Of a DNA stretch of 64,000 nt, positions 54,881 through 64,000 are shown piece after piece. The stretch's first letter is position 1. Each line of letters opens with the position of its first letter. This stretch comes from Octopus vulgaris (taxonomy: Eukaryota). The position numbers and the translations under genes are program-made. The DNA is taken from contig OX597819.1 of assembly GCA_951406725.2 (NCBI GenBank), forward strand, positions 11,656,001 to 11,720,000, read 5' to 3'. Below the pieces are notes generated by a model that saw only the letters and a list, made by a program, of their open reading frames with translations, was not told the DNA's origin and made no database searches.

Positions 54881-55163
54881 TTGATAGATAGATATGTTTC
54901 TTTATTAGCCACACAGGGCTGCACACAGACAGGACAAAATTACAAGGTAGAGCTTTTCTTTTGGGGGTAAAAGAAGGGGGTTTGGTTTTCGATCAAAAGG
55001 GATCGTAAAGGAAAGAAAGAGGACAAAAAAAGGGAGGGATAAAACAAAATTTTAAAAGAAAAGGGAGGTGAGGAAGAAAAAAGGGAAAGGAAAAAAAATT
55101 GATCAATAGGGATCGTTATCACAGAAATGTCAATATGAAGTGTAAAGGGGAGGACAGGTGAGG

Positions 55164-55239
<76 letters not shown>

Positions 55240-55464
55240 GAGTAAGAGAGAGACGAGGGTTGTCCCGAAAGCTTTGCAGAAGTGGACATAACTTTTTTTA
55301 TAAACTGACATCGTTTCAATTACACATCTTGGTGGATTAAGTCTTCCCCCTGTGCAAAGATGCTATTTAACATATCCTCCATCATGACTGATGCATTTCT
55401 GCCACCGATGTCACAACTCTCAGATCCACCATTGAAAAGTTGAGCAAGGTAGTCTCTTTCTTTT

Positions 55465-55855
55465 CTCTCTTTTACTTGTTTCAGTCATTTGACTGCGGCC
55501 ATGCTGGAGCAGCCGCCTTTAATCGATCAACTCGACCCCGGGACTTATTCTTTTGTAAGCCCAGTACTTATTCTATCGGTCTCTTTTGCCGAACCGCTAA
55601 GTAACATAAACACACCAACATCGGTTGTCAAGCAATGCTAGGGGGACAAACACAGACACACAAACACACACATGCATATATATATACATATATACGACGG
55701 GCTTCTTTCAGTTTCCGTCTACCAAATCCACTCACAAGGCTTTGGTCGTCCCGGGGCTATAGTAGAAGACACTTGCCCAAGGTGCCACGCAGTGGGACTG
55801 AACCCGGAACTATGTGGCTGGTAAACAAGCTACTTACCACACAGCCACTCCTACA
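55465..55855 (-). mobile_element. SINE family A, full length
   Basis: Matches consensus. Confidence 0.9.
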
Positions 55856-56287
55856 GCCATTTTCACCTTGTCTGTGTCATTAAATCTCGAAAGCTGTCTT
55901 TCCTTACACCAAAACAGAAGGATTGTGCGGTGGATGGCGGACTAATGACCAACCTAATTTGCAGATTGCGCAATGTATTGCCGAAGAAGTGTATGGTTGC
56001 GTATTGTCGTAGTAAATATGAAACATTTTCAAATTCTTTTTAATGGTTTCTTTAAGCTGTATGAGTTCCACAAAGCACATAATGGATTTTACGTATGAAT
56101 ATTATGGATTATTACAGAAGAATTACCCAGGAAGTATGTATGGATTTAAAGACTCGTATTGATATTTTTAATACAACAATTATTTTACACACGTACATAT
56201 CTTCCTGAAGAATTTTCTAATATTGATTTCCTGATATTAATAATAATATATCATATAAAATATATAATGTATATACATATGTATATG

Positions 56288-56363
<76 letters not shown>

Positions 56364-56727
56364 AATGAGATAGGGGTTGAAAATTCAACCCACCATGGGA
56401 TAATATATATCCAATATACTGCTAGATAGGTACCCAACAAAATTAATACATAGATGTTAAAAATTGTCAAGCAATCAGTTCATCTATTGTATTAAATGGG
56501 TAAAGGTAATAATATTACCGTAAATTAATACTACAAAATTAGAGAATGGAGAAACATACTTAAATCAGTAAAACATCAACTATCCGATGATACTCAATCC
56601 ATACTTTAATACACCATTACATATGAGTAAAGGCAATATATAAAATGAAATGAGATATACAGTAATAGTAAAAAGATAAAGAGATATAAGTAAAAAATTT
56701 CAAATATAATATACAAATAAATCAAAA

Positions 56728-56834
56728 CTGACAGCTGTTTCGGCAGTGAGGACAGTCATACCTCATTTAACCTATAAGCCATAAAGGCAGGTATAAATGA
56801 GGCATTAACAAGGATGCCCACGGCCTCTTCAGAG
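56728..56834 (-). ncRNA. type I hammerhead ribozyme-like motif (left-arm copy)
   Basis: Reverse complement of 57797-57904 with a one-G difference. Confidence 0.7.
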
Positions 56835-57173
56835 AATTAAATTAAATTTGTTATAATAGTGAAAAATATTATATAATCATATACATATAAATATAAAAAT
56901 ATAAAAATGTAAAATATAAAAACTTATACATCATAATGCTACACTTATATAATATAATACACATTTGTACAAAAAGGAAGGTAAACAGAACAAAATAAAA
57001 CAAAATATATAACAGTGTATATATTAATATTAATAAGTACCGATATTATACATATTTGGCTAATAGTTTTTTTTATAAAAAAAAGGCTAACACATATGGA
57101 GATGAAAAATAATAATTAAATCCGTGGTACAGTTCATAAAATTCTAAAGCTATAAAAGTTAATAAAAATTACT

Positions 57174-57230
<57 letters not shown>

Positions 57231-57399
57231 TAATAAAAATAGATACAGTTAAGTTAGCACCAAGTCCATCCTTTCAAGATCGAAATAACTATGAGTTAAG
57301 AAATGCTGACCACCTAGTGGTCAGCATTTCTTAACTCATAGTTATTTCGATCTTGAAAGGATGGACTTGGTGCTAACTTAACTGTATCTATTTTTATTA

Positions 57400-57457
<58 letters not shown>

Positions 57458-57796
57458 AGTAATTTTTATTAACTTTTATAGCTTTAGAATTTTATGAACT
57501 GTACCACGGATTTAATTATTATTTTTCATCTCCATATGTGTTAGCCTTTTTTTTATAAAAAAAACTATTAGCCAAATATGTATAATATCGGTACTTATTA
57601 ATATTAATATATACACTGTTATATATTTTGTTTTATTTTGTTCTGTTTACCTTCCTTTTTGTACAAATGTGTATTATATTATATAAGTGTAGCATTATGA
57701 TGTATAAGTTTTTATATTTTACATTTTTATATTTTTATATTTATATGTATATGATTATATAATATTTTTCACTATTATAACAAATTTAATTTAATT

Positions 57797-57904
57797 CTCT
57801 GAAGAGGCCGTGGGGCATCCTTGTTAATGCCTCATTTATACCTGCCTTTATGGCTTATAGGTTAAATGAGGTATGACTGTCCTCACTGCCGAAACAGCTG
57901 TCAG
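57797..57904 (+). ncRNA. type I hammerhead ribozyme-like motif with extended stem II
   Basis: CT-CTGAAGA-GGC...GCC-GAAA-C-AGCT-G-TC-AG; intact core; long stem II (GTGGGG/CCTCAC, ATGCCTCATTTA/TAAATGAGGTAT); GUC cleavage triplet; short stem I. Confidence 0.72.
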
Positions 57905-58100
57905 TTTTGATTTATTTGTATATTATATTTGAAATTTTTTACTTATATCTCTTTATCTTTTTACTATTACTGTATATCTCATTTCATTTTATATATTGCC
58001 TTTACTCATATGTAATGGTGTATTAAAGTATGGATTGAGTATCATCGGATAGTTGATGTTTTACTGATTTAAGTATGTTTCTCCATTCTCTAATTTTGTA

Positions 58101-58133
<33 letters not shown>

Positions 58134-58229
58134 GGAGTAAACACATAAATGTGAAACAAGGTGAAAAAAGAGTACTCAAATACCAGTGGTAGAGTAATAT
58201 GCTTTATTTACAGCAGCAGAAAATTCAAC

Positions 58230-58276
58230 AAAACCTGTTACTCTGAGTTTCCCGTTGCCGTTCATCGGACAGTTTT
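58230..58276 (-). ncRNA. type I hammerhead-like motif (core U>C) within a ~170-bp element between (TA)n tracts
   Basis: Minus strand AAAACTGT-CCGATGA-ACG-GCAA-CGG-GAAA-CTCAGAG-TA-ACAG-G-TTTT. Confidence 0.62.
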
Positions 58277-58300
58277 TGCTAGAATAGTTTTTTTGCTAGA

Positions 58301-58369
<69 letters not shown>

Positions 58370-58808
58370 GCCCCTTTTTATTTATATGTATATAATGTGT
58401 ATATATATGTATATATATATGTGTGTATGTATATATATGTTTTATATGTATATATAGATATAATGTATATATATATATTTATAAACACACGCACACACAC
58501 ACGCACATGCACACACATATGGACAGATACAACATATTTCTAATTCACTGGAGTATCATTTGTCTAAACGGAATACTTTTAAAGGGAACTTTTGCTCTAC
58601 AACTAATTAAAATTAACAGTTAATTAGGACTATGATCAAAGTCTAAGTGAAGGATATGAGGCGGAAAGAATGCAAACTATACTGGAACAGAGATGAGTAT
58701 ATATGTCTGTCTGTGTGTCGTTTGTGTATGTGAATATGATGTTATGTTAGTTTGGAATCTCCATTATCACATATCAGGATGATCGTAGCGTTTACAGGTT
58801 CAAGAAAA

Positions 58809-58857
<49 letters not shown>

Positions 58858-58959
58858 TCTCTAACTCCCTCTCTCTCACTTTTCACTCTCACTCCCCTTT
58901 TTTCTTTCACCCTATGTGTATGTACTGACACACACAACACATACATACATATATTTTTA

Positions 58960-59029
<70 letters not shown>

Positions 59030-59034
<5 letters not shown>

Positions 59035-59325
59035 AGACCCCCTTCTGCCATGAATGACCATGGGATTGCACCTAGAAAGTTACCCTCCGAGGCACAAGTC
59101 CGGAGCAAGATTGTTTATAGAAGACCAGCAGTCGTCCATGCGAACAAGCGGCCCCTTTCCATGCCACTGGTGTTACCCAAGGGGAAGGCAAAGGCTGTTA
59201 CAGCTTGGCACCAGTGATGTGGAAAATCATTTCTACAGCTGAGTTGACTGGAGCAACGTGAAACAAAGTGTCTTGCTCAAGAACAAACCTCGCAGTCCAA
59301 TCAGGGTGTCGAACTCACAACGTCA
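59030..59325 (-). mobile_element. 5'-truncated SINE with TGTTCTTGAGCAAGACACTTT core
   Basis: Core shared with 50390-50609; GAGTTCGACACC B-box-like; flanked by (TA)n. Confidence 0.6.
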
Positions 59326-59455
59326 CATATATATATATGGGTACACATTTATGCATGTGGGTTGGGGTACATTTGTGCTTGTTTGTAGATAGGCGTATGT
59401 GTTGAGGGGGTTGTGAGCAAACGCCAGCATGTAGAGCAGGAAGGTGGATGAGAAT

Positions 59456-59611
59456 GAAGAAGAAGAAGAAGAAGAAGAAGAAGAAGAAGAAGAAGAAGAA
59501 GAAGAAGAAGAAGAAGAAGAAGAAGAAGAAGAAGAAGAAGAAGAAGAAGAAGAAGAAGAAGAAGAAGAAGAAGAAGAAGAAGAAGAAGAAGAAGAAGAAG
59601 AAGAAGAAGAG
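59456..59611. repeat. (GAA)n microsatellite
   Basis: Direct reading. Confidence 0.95.
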
Positions 59612-59701
59612 ATTGTTTAAAGACAGCAGAAATATTTACGGGTACATCTTTGTCCGTTTAACCCCGTCCCCCTCTCCACAACAGAGATTGATAGATAGAT
59701 G

Positions 59702-59735
<34 letters not shown>

Positions 59736-59809
59736 TAGAGAGAGTGAGAGAGAGAGATAGATAGATAGATAGATAGATGATAGATAGACAGACAGACAGA
59801 CAGACAGAA

Positions 59810-59874
<65 letters not shown>

Positions 59875-60340
59875 TGACATGGTGCTAACAAGACTGGATC
59901 TTTGAATTAAAGGTTCAATCCACCTGACAAGCCTCAATTTCTCCAATAAAGTTTGGGCCGATTCGAGACTTGCTCAAGATACCTTGCAGTGGGAGCGAAC
60001 TTGGAACTTCGGGACTGCAAAGAGAACTTCTAAACAACTCATAAACCATTCAGTCATGCTACGGCTGCATTATAGTATCTAAAATATAAACATTGGACAG
60101 TGTTCTCCGAGATACATGATATATGAATAAAAGGCGGGATGGCCATGTCTAGAAGGCTTTTCTCCTGGTAGGTCTCATTAATCAGGAATGAGCAAAGGTT
60201 ACACAACAATAACACAAGGTCGTTGGGGAATTACATTTACTGAACTATTAAAGTTGGATACATTCGTATTGAAAGGCACACAATGCAGTGATGGTTAAAA
60301 TAAGGTCGTGTACATTTATGTTTAACACGTTCGTATACAC

Positions 60341-61012
60341 CAGTGGTTCCCAAATTTTTTCGGCCTGCCGCTCCCTTGATACCCAGACCACTTCCTAGCT
60401 CCTCCCCCATCACAACTAACTACAACAAACATTGACCTCTTTCTAAAGCAAATTGAAAGCAACTGTATTTCATAATTAAACTTAAACTAATGAATCCATT
60501 ATTTTTTTGTATAATTAAATCTCAGAATGAGCATAATTAAATCTCAGAATGAGATTGAAACAGTAATCGCTCGATAATGTAAAGTATAGAAGCCATCTTA
60601 TCATGGCTAACCACATAGGGGAGGGAGTGTTACTGTAGCTTTATAGACCCAAGAGATCGTCGTCTCTAGTTGGCTTTAGACACCATATCGGTGCCCTTGA
60701 AGTATTTGCAAAGGGAGGCCATCCCTTCCTCGCAAGCCTGAGTGATACGCTCGGACTAGTTTCGGGATATTTGTCCCTTGTCAACGGGCGGTAACCACCA
60801 GGATGCGATGAAAGTGAAGGCTACCTTGCAAATATATAAGAGTTTTTCTAGTGGCGTTTGCCACTGATTTCGAAAAACTGACAGTAAGCATAATTAAATC
60901 TCAGAATGAGATTGAAACAGTATGAAACTCTACATCGTCATCACCCCACTTTTCTTCAACGCTCCTTTGAAAATTGCCAGAGGGGCAATACTGCCCACTT
61001 TGAGTACCACTG
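60341..61012. mobile_element. hAT (Charlie-like) non-autonomous element with nested insertion
   Basis: TIR CAGTGGTTCCCAAA / TTTGAGTACCACTG; 8-bp TSD GTATACAC/GTATGCAG (6 of 8 match). Confidence 0.78.
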
Positions 61013-61325
61013 GTATGCAGTCAACCCTGAGAAGACTTCGCTGCGAACAAATCTATTTAGAGTCAATGTTTGTAAAAACACATGTCATGGGACAATAGAA
61101 CACGTGTTTCTGCGTCGTTACGCTTTATCAGCTGCACACACACACCCTGAGTCCGACATTCATAGGAACACTAAAAGCAACTGTTCTTATATGTAAACCG
61201 CAAATAATAAATTTATGGGTGTGTAAAAGTTTTCTCAAGCTGGCATTAATTAATTAAAAGACGCACTAAGCAGCTGTCAATCAATCTCGTCTTTATATAT
61301 ATATATGTATGTGTGTGTGTATGTA

Positions 61326-61402
<77 letters not shown>

Positions 61403-61424
61403 ATATATATGTATATATATATAT

Positions 61425-61895
<471 letters not shown>

Positions 61896-62617
61896 CATAA
61901 AAATATGTCTACTACATACGTGGGGAATTCTGTCTGTGGATGTATGTGTGGAGTTGTTAGCTAATTCCTCCTACATCATTTTATCGATGTTGATGAAACT
62001 TGACACGTGGGTAGAACTCATGTCTGGAAACCTCATTGCATACTCAGATTGTTGAAAAATAGATAATAGGGCCCCTAGAAAGGATCCTTATATATATATA
62101 TATTATTCTAAACGCCAAAGGAAATAACCCATTCGCTCCTGGAAGGGATCCTTATATACAGCCAAGAGAAATAACCCTTTCATTTTCCTAAATTATTTGG
62201 TATAAATCAAATGAAGTATGCTTATTTCTTAGTATTTGAACTGTTAGAGTTATCTTCGCAATTCATCCAGCACAACCCTTAAAAAAATAAATAGTATTTT
62301 CCTACGCAATAACTCCACGAGTGAACAGAGGAAATATGAATGGGGTTTTTATAAGATGCTGTCAAGGCGAACCAGTTGAGTTCAGAACCTGCTGCTTCAT
62401 AGCTGTGAAAATTGAGTTTATTAATGTTTAAATGAGCAATTTGCGTAAAGCTCGTACAATGAAATATTCTCGTTATTTTTGTTATATTTCAGAATAATTT
62501 ATCACGAGCAATGAGAACTACTACGTAAGTATAATATATAAATATATGTATATCTGCATGTTTTTGTGCGTATATGTATGTATAATTGTTACGTTTTACA
62601 CACACACACACACATAA

Positions 62618-62654
<37 letters not shown>

Positions 62655-62906
62655 AACAAACACAGGCACACACACACCTCTTAAATGCGGAAAACCACAA
62701 TTTAACTTAAAGTACATAATACATCGAGAGAAGTGGATGTATTTATGAATTTAAAACAACATCTCTTATCTCTTATATTTGAAACAATGTGTCTTCTAAA
62801 ACACAGTCTTTTGTAAAATAAGACGAGCCTTATTCCTCCTTCACTTCCGAATTTCTTCAATTCTGAAGTGATACAAAACGAGGATGGTTTTCTAAGTCAT
62901 TGTTTC

Positions 62907-62945
<39 letters not shown>

Positions 62946-62988
62946 TATATATACATATACATATATGCATATATATATATATTGTATA

Positions 62989-63041
<53 letters not shown>

Positions 63042-63141
63042 TATATATATACACACACACACATATGAACACGGAACCATGTGGTTGGTAAACAAGCTAC
63101 TTACCACACACCCACTCCAGCGCCTATATATATATATATAT

Positions 63142-63172
<31 letters not shown>

Positions 63173-63225
63173 TGCATATATATGCATATATATACACACA
63201 TACACATATGTATATATTTATGTAT

Positions 63226-63597
<372 letters not shown>

Positions 63598-63707
63598 GTA
63601 TGATTCGCTAGCTTCTGCACGCATTTTTTTTTCTCTCCTTTTTTTTCTCTCCTTTTTTTCTCTCCTTGTTTCTCTCCGTGTTTCTTTCTGTGTTTCTTTT
63701 CTGTGTA

Positions 63708-63745
63708 TCTTTCTGTTGAAGAGCGTAGGCTCGAAACGTAAAAGA
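63708..63745 (+). ncRNA. minimal hammerhead-like motif with variant core CUGUUGAA
   Basis: TCTTT-CTGTTGAA-GAGC-GTAG-GCTC-GAAA-CG-TA-AAAGA; 5-bp stem I, 4-bp stem II, loopless palindromic stem III. Confidence 0.62.
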
Positions 63746-64000
63746 CTTGTTTTATTTCTATTCCAGATCGCCATACTAATACAATTGTTTGTTTGTATTC
63801 CACCTGCCTTCGTCTTTTGTTTATTTTCATAAAGCTTCCCGTTATATATGTATGTCATTGTTCAGTTTTATTTCAAGATTTCTTGCCAGTAGAGAAAGGA
63901 CCGGTTTCTAACCTAGATTCAAGGCGCCTTCATTGGAATTTCAACATCAACATATTTTTGTGTGTATGTATGTATGTATGTATGTATGTATGTATGTATG

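Larger units (their letters stand above)
56528..58104. repeat. ~1.58-kb near-perfect palindrome (arms ~790 bp, 3-nt spacer) inside a (TA)n-flanked element
   Basis: Centre GACCAC-CTA-GTGGTC at 57308-57322; arms differ only in homopolymer/AAT run lengths; element starts ~56360. Confidence 0.95.

Overview
Repeat-saturated, AT-rich, non-coding eukaryotic (animal) DNA. The SINE repertoire and microsatellite density suggest an octopod cephalopod, which is inference and not verified. No intact host protein-coding exon can be supported, and almost all ORFs in the track are microsatellite or SINE artefacts. The window contains: three tRNA-related SINE families in many copies; non-autonomous Helitrons; a full-length but inactivated FLYWCH-MULE transposon with TIRs and a 9-bp TSD; a deleted Tc1-like element; a decayed mariner; hAT and other MITEs; two decayed R4/Dong-like LINEs around a (TAA)n tract; RTE-like fragments; and a near full-length U6 snRNA copy abutting a SINE. 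The most interesting signal is a set of short non-coding elements sitting in (TA)n/(GATA)n tracts that carry hammerhead-ribozyme-like motifs with palindromic stem III, of Penelope/retrozyme type. Two of them are fold-back inverted duplications, one a ~1.58-kb near-perfect palindrome.
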